A DNA stretch of 61,336 nucleotides from Mizuhopecten yessoensis (GCF_002113885.1 NW_018404373.1:984347-1045682); one strand, 5' to 3'; shown: positions 31,401 to 44,695, counted from the first letter of the stretch. Notes: generated by a model not told the origin, from the letters alone. Translations and numbers: made by a program.

Positions 31401-34038
31401 GCTGACCCCAAAGGGGGCTGAGGGGCAGGGCAAAAAGGGGTCAATTTGGCTATATTGCTACAAACGACTTCTTCTGTAGACCTATGCCATGGATATCAAC
31501 AATATTTGACTGGAAGCATCCCTAGGTGGTGGGGATTCAAAATTATACAAATGGTGGGGCTGAGGGCGGGGCCAAAAAGGGGGCAACTTGGCTATATTGC
31601 TATAAACGACGTCTTCTGTAGAACTATGCCATGGATATTGATCATATTTGGTCGGCAGCATTCATGGGAGGCAGGGATTCAAAATTGTACAAATGATGGG
31701 GCTTACCCCACAGGGGGCTGAGGGGCGGGGCAAAAAGGGGGCAATTTGGCTATATTGCTACAAACGACTTCTTCTGTAGAACTATGCCGTGGATATCAAC
31801 CATATTTGACTGGAAGCATCCCTAGGTGGTGGGGATTCAAAATTGTACAAATGGTGGGGCTGACCCCAAAGGGGGCTGAGGGGCAGGGCAAAAAGGGGTC
31901 AATTTGGCTATATTGCTTTAAGCGACTTCTTCTCTGGAACTAAGGAGAGGATATCAACCATATTTGACTGGAAGCATCCCTAGGTGGTGGGGATTCAAAA
32001 TTATACAAATGGTGGGGCTGAGGGCGGGGCCAAAAAGGGGGCAACTTGGCTATATTGCTATAAACGACGTCTTCTGTAGAACTATGCCATGGATATCAAT
32101 CATATTTGGTCGGAAGCATTTATGGGAGGCAGGGATTCAAAATTATACAAATGGTGGGGCTGACCCCCCGGGCTAAGGGGTGGGGCCAAAAAAAGTGTAT
32201 TACTTGGAAATGGTTGAGATCCCCACCATATAACCATGGTATACAATTGCTGAGTATAAAGAGAAGAATGCACATTTGCTTCCAGGATGGCTATAGGGTC
32301 TGGCCCCACCCTTGGAGACATAGTCCCTAGGCCATAACTTTAAAACTGTTGAGATCCCCACCCCAAAACTATATATATAAATGCTGGGCATAAAAAGACG
32401 AATGCAGTCATGATATCAGAATAGACCCTGGGGTCTGACCGAACCCCTAGGGACCTAGTTTGTTAGTCACAGGTTGGAAACAGTTGAGAGCCCCATCCTA
32501 TAACGGTATATACACAATTGCTGAGTATAAAAAGATGATTGCACATATGCTTCCAGGATGGCCTTGGGGACTGCCCCACCCTTGGAGACTTAACCCTGGG
32601 TCATAACTTTGAAATGGTTTAGATCCCCACCCCAAAACTATATATACAAATGCTGGGCAAAAAGAGACAAATGCAGTCACGATATTAGAATGGACCCCAG
32701 GGTCTGGCCACAACCCTAGGGACCTAGTTTCTGAGTCAAAGCTTGGAAACAGTTGAGATCCCCACCACATAACCATACATAAAATTTCTGGGCATGAAAA
32801 ATCTAATACATGTACAGATATGCTACAAGGATTGGCCTTGGGTCTGGCATATTGCCTTGATCTCATTTGGAGAATATTTTGCCATGATTGCTTTGGTATC
32901 CAGGTGAGCGATACAGGCCCTCTGGGCCTCTTGTATAAATTTGTCATACTGTATAGTTCTATATACAATTAATCATTGTGGTTTGGATGATATCAGCTGT
33001 TTGACTCGAAGGCCTTTTCTAGGTGTTCATGATCATCTGTAGCTACTATGTCAAACATTTCACAGGTATAAAAGTATCACAAGCATTTCCAAATACATTC
33101 CATTCAACAATAACTTTTCTTTTCACTTAGGAAGTCATAGAAGAAGAATCAGTTGTATAATGTATACATATCACTAGCATATATATATATATATATATAG
33201 AAATAATATTGTGTTACATATTATGTGTTATGATGATATATACTCTGCCTCCATTATCTACAGCAGTAGTGAAAAACTGTCTTACTTTTGTTTCCTAGTT
33301 TTATCAAGTGGAACTTCTCTAAGTTCCTAGTCAACAAAGAAGGAATCCCTGTGAAGCGGTATGCCCCCAATGACGAACCAAATGTAAGTTATGTTTAACA
33401 AAAGGTATTGAGTGGCCTGACTAGAGAAATCTGTTCACCAAGTCGCATTTATAATACTCAAACGTTTTCCTGTCTATACATTAACTAGGAGTTTTAGAAT
33501 ATTTTAAAGGAAATTGCAGAACACAGTTGTTTAAAATTGTGCTTTTGGATATTTTTTAACAAGGGTACTTTAATATGAACATACTCCTGTGTTAATTATT
33601 TTTGTGAAGTTCTAATTAACAATAAATAAGTCTTGCATTTAAAAATTCCATGTTATCTCTTCGAACACCAAATGCATACAGAGAAGATAATGCATTAGGT
33701 ACAGCAGATATTATGGAATCGAAGGTCATAATGAGGACATGAGTTAGTGTTGAGATACCAGTTCTAATGTGACACTAGGAAATTATAAAGAAAAGAAAAT
33801 ATTGTATAGAGTTATGGGAAAATGTAACTGATGTTGTTCATGGCATGTTTTAAGCGTTTCTCTGTATTTTGAAGCTTGTTAACCACACAATTATTCTTTT
33901 AGAATCTATTAAGATTACTCTGATTTTAGGTCTATGTAGAGAGATATTGTGTTGAAGTACATGTATTTTAAGTTTTGACATTTTTTCTTTCTTTTTCTTT
34001 TTCAGAAAGTTGCAAAGGACTTTGAAAAGTATTGGTAG
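19421..34038 (+). CDS. GPX4: Phospholipid hydroperoxide glutathione peroxidase (GPx4), selenoprotein; 200-aa long / 171-aa short forms
   Basis: Exons 19421-19510 ([30 protein letters not shown]); 28670-28767; 30008-30155 (VNVASKUG with TGA at 30045-30047, [11 protein letters not shown]); 30893-31041 (EPG...); 33299-33383 ([10 protein letters not shown]); 34006-34038 ([10 protein letters not shown]). All GT-AG and phase-consistent. Confidence 0.95.
19790..20214. mobile_element. MITE with 5-bp TSD
   Basis: Perfect 20-bp TIR CAGGTCCAGTACACTCTGCC; TAAAC duplicated at 19785-19789 and 20215-20219. Confidence 0.85.
20400..20590 (+). mobile_element. Degenerate CR1-type LINE 3' remnant
   Basis: Translates to R..DVWNNLP..FINA*S.VKRFE..LD, resembling the WNxLP C-terminal motif of CR1 ORF2. 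Confidence 0.55.
27092..27697. repeat. 21-bp minisatellite (TATCCTGATGGTCCACGTGTA)
   Basis: 28-29 near-perfect copies in GPX4 intron 1, expanded from within a larger ~120-bp degenerate repeat that continues to about 27925. Confidence 0.97.
30429..30778. mobile_element. MULE-type MITE with 9-bp TSD
   Basis: ~50-bp imperfect TIRs CAT(T/C)CTCGATAC...; ATCATTGTC duplicated at 30420-30428 and 30779-30787; related half-copy at about 43636-43689. Confidence 0.85.
31227..32934 (+). mobile_element. Helentron-associated non-autonomous element (HINE) with internal tandem repeats
   Basis: 5' TTAGCTCACCTG...AGGTGAGCT hairpin; (GTCC)n microsatellite; ~150-bp tandem units; 3' CAGGTGAGCG plus AGGCCC-TCT-GGGCCT hairpin then CTTGT. 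Confidence 0.85.
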
Positions 34039-34353
34039 AAATGACACATGAATAAATTTATAAAAAACTTTAGTTTACGTTGATGGCCCTGTGTCTTTGA
34101 GGCTCCTACAAGAACACTTTTGGAAAAAAAAAAATGGTTGTGAGGTATTAAGTATGTATCTCTGTCAACACTTCAAAAAGAACTGGTGAAAAGCAATGAA
34201 ATATAATGTTATTTTTAAATAGACAATTGTCTCATTGTTGTGATGTAAAATAAGGAACCTGAACTTCCTTAGTGAGACCCATTGTCACTGTACGAGATTC
34301 TCATGACCCTACTTTTTGACTGTTAAGGTCATCTCTATGGTAACTCAGACCGT

Positions 34354-34397
34354 ATGACGACTTCTTCTGAAACTGTTTACAGCGGGAGAGGTCTGAG
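34354..34397 (+). promoter_or_regulatory. Type II SECIS element of GPX4
   Basis: AUGAC core; 11-bp helix GACUUCUUCUG/CGGGAGAGGUC; unpaired AAA; mini-stem CUG-UUUA-CAG; 3' UGAG; 316 nt after the stop codon. Confidence 0.92.
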
Positions 34398-36237
34398 CTT
34401 ATTAAGCGTGCACCCCTGTCTGGTTGTTGCCATGGACGTGTCCACCATATTGAAAGGTCAAGGTCATGAGATGACGTTGTGGTGAACCCTGTGTCACTAT
34501 AAGGTCACCTGTTAAGCTTGCATTTTTATTTGAGTTTTATGCTTAGTTACTGTACATTTGGTGAATCATTTGTGATTGTCTTTTTGTGATACTGCCTAGT
34601 CTGATATATCGTGGCATATTCAATCAATTATCCGATGTTTACATTATTATTATATTTGATACACTGTTACTATATATGCTCTATATCCCCTTCTATAATT
34701 TTATTGTATCGCTTCCATAGTTTTGTAAAAGCAGATGTCGTGCATTCCATAGCTGTCCGCTTGTAAATCTTGCAGTTAGTCCCATCCTGTATTAATACAG
34801 GTGTTTCCACGAGACTTTTACTTCTATATATATTTACTTACAGCATATATATATATGTTTTATATAAGTCACATATCAAGGGAGCTGTTTATTTCAGTAC
34901 CTGGTGAAAAAGTTGCCAAAAAAAGCTATCTGAACACATACCTCCTCATTTGATTTCCTGTGGTATGTTTAGTATTTCTCATTGAACAAAAAACTTGAAA
35001 GATGAATCGAGGAAACATTTCTACTTACAGTATTCTTTTTTGTCACCTTTCTCATGTTTTATTTTGTTAATGAAAGAGAAATAAACGGTACAAATCAAAA
35101 CAACGACATTTGGAATTGGATCTCTTTCTACGTTTAGATTTTCACATAGTTTATCCAAAACATTAAAAGCACGTTGTGGTGTACTTAAATGAAAGAAACT
35201 CCTAATTTGTACTTTGCTATCTAGTGTTGCACTGAGGTCTTCTTTTAACATATCTATCATCAGTACGATTCCTTGCTTCAATTCATCGAGTCGGCTTGTT
35301 TGATCCCATGTTTAATAGGTGCTTTGATTGTTGTTATTAATATTGTTCACTTATATGTAAACACCCAGCAATAACAAAATGTTCTAAGTGTTAATTCTTT
35401 TATGAGTATTATTTCTTTTAGTGTTATCGAGTTACTAAACACACCATAATTTTAGCAGCATTCAAAACAGTGTTTTAGAATGAAAGTATGTTATGTGTAT
35501 CTGAGGATTGACCTGCAATTTTATACACCGGACGAGTTTTGTATATCCTTATATAATGCATCTGACAAGTTTTGTATATCCTAATACACCTGACACGTTT
35601 TGTATGTCCTAATATAATGCATCTGACAAGTTTTGTATGTCATAATACTCATAAAAAATTTGGTTTGTCCTGTAAGTCCTAATAATCAATAAAATTCATT
35701 TTAATTTTTACAATTCACAAATGGAGAACAGCCAGTGGTCGACCACTTTGTGTTACTTTTAAACTGTGTCTGAAATCAAAACTTAAATAATTGTCACTCT
35801 TCATGGAACACTGCAGAAATCATAATAGTGTGAAACAAAATATGATTTTCATTATATAGTCATGGGTACATATTGAACACTTTTACAAGGTGATAATTGT
35901 GGATTTTTTTCTTAATTTTTTTTCTCTTAATTTCATGTTCAAGAAGGTTGTTTCGTTTCCCATACTGCCATGAGCATTGTACAAAAGTTTAATTAGTTTA
36001 CTGATTAACATTACTGTGCTAAAAAGGATGATGGAGAATTCGTTTCATCAAATGAAGATGAAATAACTGAAGCTATTATCACCTGGTATATACGAGATCT
36101 GTAACAAAGTTTACTACGTTATACTTGTACCTCATTTGTGTTAAGGTTAAGCAAAGAATTATCACTGGTTGTGAGGACTTCAAACGAACACAAATGTTAC
36201 TTATGTTGAGGTAAAAAGGCAAACAAAAAAGAGCTGT

Positions 36238-36710
36238 TATACATGTATCAGTAACATAAAACACTTGTGTTTATACATGTATCAGTAACATAAAACAGTG
36301 TTTATACATGTATCAGTAACATAAAACACTTGTGTTCATACATGTATCAGTAACATAAAACACTTGTGTTCATACATGTATCAGTAACATAAAACACTTG
36401 TGTTCATACATGTATCAGTAACATAAAACACTTGTGTTCATACATGTATCAGTAACATAAAACACTTGTGTTCATACATGTATCAGTAACATAAAACACT
36501 TGTGTTCATACATGTATCAGTAACATAAAACACTTGTGTTCATACATGTATCAGTAACATAAAACACTTGTGTTCATACATGTATCAGTAACATAAAACA
36601 CTTGTGTTCATACATGTATCAGTAACATAAAACACTTGTGTTCATACATGTATCAGTAACATAAAACACTTGTGTTCATACATGTATCAGTAACATAAAA
36701 CACTTGTGTT
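36238..36710. repeat. 34-bp minisatellite A
   Basis: ATACATGTATCAGTAACATAAAACACTTGTGTTC, about 14 copies. Confidence 0.95.
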
Positions 36711-36769
36711 TCCAGATTTCTGATGCTTTTATTTTACACTTTGATAAGGATGGTTTATTTAGTTAAGAG

Positions 36770-37110
36770 TAAAAACTATTTGTACACCATAATAGTTCTG
36801 AGATAAAAACTATTTGTACACCATAATAGTTCTGAGATAAAAACTATTTGTACACCATAATAGTTCTGAGATAAAAACTATTTGTACACCATAATAGTTC
36901 TGAGATAAAAACTATTTGTACACCATAATAGTTCTGAGATAAAAACTATTTGTACACCATAATAGTTCTGAGATAAAAACTATTTGTACACCATAATAGT
37001 TCTGAGATAAAAACTATTTGTACACCATAATAGTTCTGAGATAAAAACTATTTGTACACCATAATAGTTCTGAGATAAAAACTATTTGTACACCATAATA
37101 GTTCTGAGAT
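36770..37110. repeat. 34-bp minisatellite B
   Basis: TAAAAACTATTTGTACACCATAATAGTTCTGAGA, 10 perfect copies. Confidence 0.95.
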
Positions 37111-40100
37111 GCACATCAACATTTGAACAGTACACAGACCTAGGCTTTGCAGGGTAAGAAATAATCTATAAGACAACGATTATAAACCATATGTATATTA
37201 TGTCGAAAGTTTTCTTGCCTAACAAACCCCTGTGGTAAAAGGTTGACAAATACTTATTCTATGTAGACCTACAGTATATGTAAATGGCTTTTACCAAAAG
37301 AAAGAAAATAATAATAAGATTTAAATGTAATATGATGTAATCATATCCAACTTGTACAGTAAGCCGGTTTGACTAGTATCAAGAAGTGAATTTTGCCTAG
37401 TTAACCAGTAATCAATTTGACTTTAACAAGTTTGGTAATTACATTGTACATCATGTACCTATATATAAGTTACCAATAAGTAATTTGAGTAGTGAACCAG
37501 CTATTTGAACTACACTGTAAGTATTAGCATTATGACGGTACAATATAACTTCAAGCTGTTTAACAACACAAGTTCTCAACCAAAAGGTTTAATGCCAGTA
37601 TTAGTCTTCAGTTGTTAATTTTTAATTAATTTGTCATGTTTACTGATTAAAAACAGCCACTTTCATTTTCAGACAAGATTTATAAAAACACCTTAATATC
37701 AAGTCATTTCAAGAATTATTTTGGAAAATCAAAGAGGAGATGATTGTATCACGTATTTCAGTTTATACCAAAGCATGTACAGTGACCTTGAGAACTTGAA
37801 ACAGTAGCTGAATGTTGTTATAATGATGGTATATATTGTAGAAACTTGCCACTAGATGTAGCACTAGATGGTTGATGAACAGATTAGTAAAGTCTTACAT
37901 GTCCGTCCCTCTTACCTTCAGGGTGTTGACCTTTGACCTAGTCGCGGAGTGGCTGGAGTGAGAGTGGTGTTAGTCATGCTATATCGTTTCACTTGTTACT
38001 AGGTTTAGGAATAGAACTGATGTCAAATAAATAACTAAAATAATTCAATAGTTTTGTTATTTTTGTTGCGAGTATGCTGGATACTTAGAAACACTGACCT
38101 ATGCATAGATTTAGTTGATGACAGCAGTTGGGTTAAAAACATGGTTTTTTTTTAACACAAAGGCCAGCCAAGAGGCCCAATGGGCTTGTATTACTTACCT
38201 GTTATTCATTTCACATATGTGACCTTCAAAGATTCTCTTTTAAATTTGCATCGTTCAGATGTGTTAAAACAACTTCTTTCGAATAACCAATAAACCTATG
38301 GTCATACTTATTGGACTGTAGCATGCTGGCTTTAACTTTTGTTCAAATGAATGACATTGACCCACTTTCAAGGCAACCGTGGTCAAATTAAAGGTGTTAA
38401 AACCTATAAAACAACTTCAGAATAACTTGCATGCCTAGTATCATGATTATACTTGACATATAGCATGCTGGAGTGAGGGGCTGTCGGAATTGTTCATCAA
38501 ATGAAAAGTTATGATATTAAGCCTTAAGTTTGCTTGCTGTCATATTTGTTTAAAGAAATTTGACCAACTTTGAAGGTCAAAGATGTGAGATGTGTTTGCC
38601 AATAGCATTGATAACAGCAGAGTGATACAGATCCATGGGCCTTTTGTTTTGGGATACAATAGAAATCTAAGTAAAATGTCTCAAATATGTCCAGATTGTA
38701 AAATGTCTCAAATATGTCCAGATTTCAGTCTTATTGGAATATCTGCTGTGAATAACAAGAACAAATCAATTCAGCTACCAGACATAGCATAAATGGAATT
38801 TTGATTGGAAATTGTATATTTTACTCTGCCAACTGCTACACACTGTCTCCTGTATTGCTGATACACAAAATGCATATTACCTTAAATATTTTATTTTTAC
38901 AAATCGGTACAAAAATATTCCAAAATATAATGGTAAGTATGTTCAAATATATCTCGTTAAAAGTAGGGTTTCTAAACTTTCTAAGTTAAAACATCTTGCC
39001 TTTTATATCTTTCATTCACTACATGCACTGTGCTTCTACAAAGTATCAAATGAAAACTTAAAAACAAGATCTGATTAAACTTAATTTAAATTGAAGTACT
39101 GGGTGTCTTTAGAAATATAAAAAAAAGCCATGACTCATTTGACTGATGCTATTTTATAGCTAACTTACAGACAATATGTGAGATATTTTTAATTAACATT
39201 ACACTAAGTCATTTCAGATTCCCACACAAACGTGAATTTATGTGTAACTTATATCATTATGTAATGTATAGAATATCACTCATACATATAAGACAGGTAC
39301 TTAAAGATATATACTACCTTATGCTAGTCAGCATCTAATTTACAAAAGAATTCTACACTAAAAAAAAATATGGAAATTGCTTTTATAAGGTATTAAGACA
39401 TAGTTACAATTTACCAGGAATATTTGCTGCAGTTCCACTTTTGTCTGTTTTTGCCCTCAGCGATGAGGGTGAATAGCAAAAAAGTAGTACACAGAATACC
39501 ATGTATAGTATAATCACATGTGAAGGTCGAAATTAACACTGGGTGAACATAGATTTCAACTGTCAAGGGTGAATATTTGACTTTGACTTGGCAAATGTTT
39601 CCCAGTGTACAGTAATTTATTGATGACACATTTAGAAACAAAATGCTAATTAAATGGGAGTTTTAAGGGAGGAAACTCTCTCACAAATTACAGGAATAGC
39701 ATGTTTGGTAGCGTATCCCCTTAACATGACTTAAGGTAAAGTAAAAACCTGTGTTTCCAAGAAGGTACATCCTTTAAAAGAATAGGATTGGAAAACAGAC
39801 AAAACAAATAGATGAAAACATTTGGAATCCCCTCCGTATCTAATTCATATGGTGTATGAAGCATTCTTGATTCCTTTGACAAGAGAATCAATTCTTGTGT
39901 TAACCTTTTCACCCCTATGTAACTTTTTATAAACTCTACCATACATTGATCTGGAAAAGTCCATTTTGGTCTACAGTGGTGAAAGGGTTAAGGAATACTA
40001 GCTCCCCTAGGGACTGTGAACAAAACAGTGTAATCTGAGAATTTAAGTAGTTGCAAGCCAACTCCTCCTCCGTTAATAGTTTGTCACATTTCAACCAAAT

Positions 40101-40485
40101 TTACTTAAGGGGCCTCCCTGGAATCAGGAAATCAAATGATGTATAAAGAAGGGTGTTAGCCCCCTGGATGCTGAAAGTCAATTGAAAAGCAATTGCTGTA
40201 TTTGAATGATAATATTTTGCCATGCTTACTTAAATATCCAGGTGAGAATTACAGTTTCTCTGGGCCTTTTGTTATTTTTCCCATCAAGTATTTCATCCAT
40301 TCAATTTTCAGATCAACATTCCATATATTCTTAAACTATAGCCTATTTATTCTTAACATTTTTTTCTCCCTTCCCAGCAAAGGAGCAAAAGGAAGTACCT
40401 GACTGAATTTATCAAATATACAGTTGGGCAAGTGACTTTCCTTTTCAGAAAAAGATAATCATTATGCCAGTGGCATCATCAAACA

Positions 40486-40557
40486 CATCCTAGATTTCCA
40501 GAGGTTACGATCTCCTACGCTCTCTACAGGAAACGTAACCCCTGGAAATCGAGGATG
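40486..40557. mobile_element. 72-bp mini-MITE with 9-bp TSD
   Basis: TIRs CATCCTAGATTTCCAGAGGTTACG / CGTAACCCCTGGAAATCGAGGATG; CATCAAACA at 40477-40485 and 40558-40566. Confidence 0.85.
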
Positions 40558-40809
40558 CATCAAACATGATAAAATGGACAGTTAACTTTATAACATGGAT
40601 CCTCCTAATACTTGAACTACTGATGGTGTAAAATTATTGTTCAACTCTTGATAAAAATATTGACAATCTTCTTTTAAAATGATCTTAATTTTGCCATATA
40701 GGGTTACAAGGTATGAAAGTAATCGGTTCGAAGTCGTAGTTCAAAGAACATCTTTTTCAACCCTACAAGTGCATTGTCTACATTAAGTTCAACTTGTTGG
40801 TGAGCCATT

Positions 40810-41400
40810 TGTCGTTAGATATGGCATGTATGGTACCACGATATCAAATATGTTGTAGCATGTCTGATACCCTTCCTGCTGTTGTTGTTAGATATGGCAT
40901 GTATGGTACCACGATATCAAATATGTTGTAGCATGTCTGATACCCTTCCTGTTGTTGTTGTTAGATATGGCATGTATGGTAACACGATATCAAATATGTT
41001 GTAGCATGGCTGGTACCCTTCCTGTTGTTGTCGTTAGATATGGCATGTGTGGTACCACGATATCAAATATGTTGTAGCATGGCTGGTACCCTTCCTGCTG
41101 TTGTCGTTAGATATGGCATGTGTGGTACCGCGATATCAAATATGTTGTAGCATGTCTGATACCCTTCCTGTTGTTGTTGTTAGATATGGCATGTATGGTA
41201 CCACGATATCAAATATATTGTAGCATGGCTGGTACCCTTCCTGTTGTTGTTGTTAGATATGGCATGAATGGTACCATGATATCAAATATGTTGTAGCATG
41301 GCTGGTACCCTTCCTGCTGTTGTCGTTAGATATGGCATGTGTGGTACCGCGATATCAAATATGTTGTAGCATGGCTGGTACCCTTCCTGTTGTTGTCGTT
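40810..41400. repeat. 73-bp minisatellite downstream of the NXNL2-like stop codon
   Basis: About 8 copies of GTTAGATATGGCATGTATGGTACCACGATATCAAATATGTTGTAGCATG... Confidence 0.93.
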
Positions 41401-41516
41401 TGATGTCTGTGTTCATGGCCATGGTGACAAATGTGTTGAGAGTATGTTACAAATCTTTATCCATTGTGATGAATAGCTACATAAACATAATAATATGTTG
41501 TGTGTTGAAAATAAAT

Positions 41517-43173
41517 TCAAGCTTGCGTCGATTTATCTCCCTCTTCCTCCTTCGAGTCTGTAAGGCCTGCAGCTGATGCTTGACTTTTTGACCTGTTCTC
41601 TCTGAATGTGGCGATTTCCTGCCAGGTCCTAAAGCAGACGATACCCTTGTCCTGGATTTCCTTGCGGCCTTTCAAGGTTATGACATCACCAGCATTGTTT
41701 ACAATGATTAACTTTGGCACAGCTGTGATGTTGAATCTTGTCTTCAGATCACTGAAAAAGTAACAGTTGTTTGCTTTATTTATAATATAAGGCCTGGAGA
41801 TGATAATCGTATTTAAATTGTTATATGTTTTTATAAAAAATGCCTCCATTACAAAATGCAATTGCATTGCTACGAATGAAAATCATTCTTAAAATTGCCA
41901 TACGATGTGGATGCACACATGTATAGTACATGTAATACCAAATTACTTTGCCACATGTAACTTCCTGCTTCACTTAAATTCCTATCAAATTATTCTATAA
42001 TTCCCACTCGATTATCTCTCTTTAACTCATTAACCCCTGAAGACACATTTGAACTCTTCCAATTTAAAGGTTGGAATAGTCCATTATGAAATATCAGTGG
42101 TAAATGAGTTTAAGGTTTGACTGCATACTGTGAAAACTAGTCACTTAATTATTGGTCGTATGGAGCTATAATTTTGGTATAGAGATTTACTACAAACTTG
42201 CTCCTGGAGTTTGTCTTGAAAATAAATCCTATATTGGCCTTGTGAAGCTATAACTAAGGGTCTACAGTTTTATTGCAGACTTACTCCTGTAGTTAGTCTT
42301 GTCTTTTGTTTGTATTATTGAGCTATATCTGGGGTCAAGTGATTTACTGCAGACTTACTCCTGGAGTTAGTTTTGTCTTTTGTTTGTATTATTGAGCTAT
42401 ATCTGGGGTCAAGTGATTTACTGCAGACTTACTCCTGCAGTTAGCCTTGTCTTTTGTTTGTATTATTGAGCCATATCTGGGGTCAAGTGATTTACTGCAG
42501 ACTTACTCCTGGAGTTAGCCTTGTCTTTTGTTTGTATTATTTAGCTATATCTGGGGTCAAGTGATTTACTGCAGACTTACTCCTGGAGTGAGCCTTGTCT
42601 TTTGTTTGTATTATTAAGCTATATCCGGGGTTAAGTGATTTACTGCAGACTTACTCCTGGAGTTGGTCTCCAAATGGAACAACCAGCCAGTCGCCGTGAC
42701 TTTCTCTGTAGTATGATGCCATGTCCTCCTCCTTTTTGTCGCAGCTGACAAACACCACTTCAAATGGAGCACTGCGTCGTTGAGTTTCCTCGTAGAAGTC
42801 CTTCAGTAAGGGTGTAAACTGTCTACAAGGGGGACACCAGCCTGCTGAAAAATACAGTCCAACTAGTTTCTTTTCTATGGCCTTCAAAGCCTCCACCCGG
42901 CCATTGTTTACAGTTGTATTACTTTCACCATCTGTGTCTTTTGTTTCATTCTCTTTGTCTGTGATTTGTTCTGACAGTTCTTCCTTCACATGTTTTACAT
43001 CTTCAGCGTCTTCACCTTTCTGTTCATTGGTGTCCTCTTTGATTTCTCGTTCTTCCTCTTTCATGAAAATTTTCTCTTCTGGGACAATGAAAAAGTTACT
43101 TGTTAGAAGTTCTTTGTCTACAAGGAGGTCTTCAAATGTTTTGATGACTTCTTCTTCATTTGTAATGTTGTTC
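41517..43173 (-). CDS. NXNL2: Nucleoredoxin-like protein 2 (thioredoxin fold, WCPPC)
   Basis: Exons 42655-43173 (...KLVGLYFSAGWCPPCRQFTPLLKDFY...PFEVVFVSCD...WLVVPFGD) and 41517-41751 (DLKTRFNITAVPKLII...KGRKEIQDKG..CF.TW), joined by a phase-2 intron. The 5' end is uncertain; a candidate first exon ends at 44999. Confidence 0.85.
42180..42664. repeat. 74-bp tandem repeat spanning the NXNL2-like splice donor
   Basis: CAGACTTACTCC at 42276, 42350, 42424, 42498, 42572 and 42646 (real donor), plus a degenerate copy at about 42193. Confidence 0.93.
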
Positions 43174-44329
43174 CTTTTTCAAATTAAGATAAATATAATT
43201 AGTTTCAACTTTTGAGAATGCATGAGAACATTATATATGTGGTTAAGTCGTTCAATTGTTTTTAAAACAATTCTGATTAAAAGCCTGACACATTATAAGA
43301 AATGCCTAAATGATATATCTGAGAATGATTAATCAATGGATAGATAGGTGTTTATAAACAAAAGTAATAGAAAATATAAAATACAACTGCCTGTACCTCT
43401 GTCTGCAGACTGAAGATAGTGTCGATGTACCACTACTTACCTTTGATACCAAGTTTTGTGAAACTTCCATACTTGCCAGCTCTCCCTATATAGGAGGGAG
43501 ACTCGATTTTGCACCCTTAGTTCAATAATTCCAATAGGTTGTTGAACTATTTCTATATTTCAAGGTATAATTATTTCATCTGAAGGAACAACTCAAAATA
43601 TGCCATTTTAAAGTATTTTCCCACCCTAAGGGATTATTCCAGGGGTGCAGAGAGCGAAAGAGAACCTAACCCCCGGAGTATCGAGGGTGATTACATACCT
43701 ACTTGAACAATATTGGTATTTATCTAGTTTTGACATTTTTATTGGATTTATGCCCCTTTTCTGATTTCATTTTATTCCATTCGTCCAAATTGTCCCCTTT
43801 TCAAATTAAGATAAATATAGTTAGTTCCAATATTTAAGAACTTTGCCTATTAGTTTTTCAATTACTTTTATGAAACTTATGATCAGTACCCTAGCTGTTT
43901 GATATATTTTTTATTTTCACTAGGAGTCGGTGATCGACATATCCCTCCTTTATACATCTTGTCCAAAGCACTGCTACTTATCTTCTTGGCCGATACTTGT
44001 GAAATACTCATTATCAGTACTTTAAGTGATTCTGCGATTGCAAGTTATTTCTATTTCAAATATTTCATGGGAGTATATATGTCCATTCTCTCATTTTCCT
44101 ATCTGGGACCCCTGCAGGTCCGGAATCGTGAAAAGAAAACACCTGCTGTTACACACTGCATGTTTCATAAGAGACAACTAATGAGGGAACCTCCTACAGA
44201 ATTGGGGATTTGCTTTTGTGCCCTCTACTTGGGGACACAAAAGCGACCAAAATAAATCTGCTGCACCCATTGCAATTAGTTGGATCTTTGTATTTCTGTC
44301 TACTTCTATCTACCTTTTATTTCTTATGT

Positions 44330-44695
44330 TGAACGTTCACTCTGGTGAGGAAGGCAGTGGGTTCTGTCCCCAGGCGGGGACATACCAAAGTCCTTAAAAA
44401 TTGTAGATGTAAATCCCTACTTAGCATTCAGTATTAAGGGTTATGGCAACAACTGGTTCACCCGTTGTCAATATATCGTGACTGGGCAGAATGGTGTGCT
44501 TGCATGGGTGCCTGCAGCATGGTATTTCAGTGAGAATTACCACTTTAATATTGGCATCAGATCCGCGCTATTACAAGGAGGAACATAAACCAACATACCC
44601 TGTATCTGGCACACATTTACACATGCACGCATATTTAACACACATGGAGACACGTCCTTAAATGACCTTAACAGTTAAACAAAATAAAACTAAAC
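44330..44695 (+). mobile_element. Degenerate tRNA-derived SINE
   Basis: Degenerate B box (GGTTCTGTCCC), body partly similar to the element at 59300-59575, (AAAC)-rich tail. Confidence 0.5.

Noticed and set aside
36238-37110. CRISPR-like appearance of ~34-bp repeats
   Set aside because: Head-to-tail repeats without unique spacers, eukaryotic context, and no cas genes.
19421-43173. GPX4 and NXNL2 as a redox gene cluster
   Set aside because: Only tail-to-tail adjacency of two genes, with no evidence of co-regulation in the sequence.
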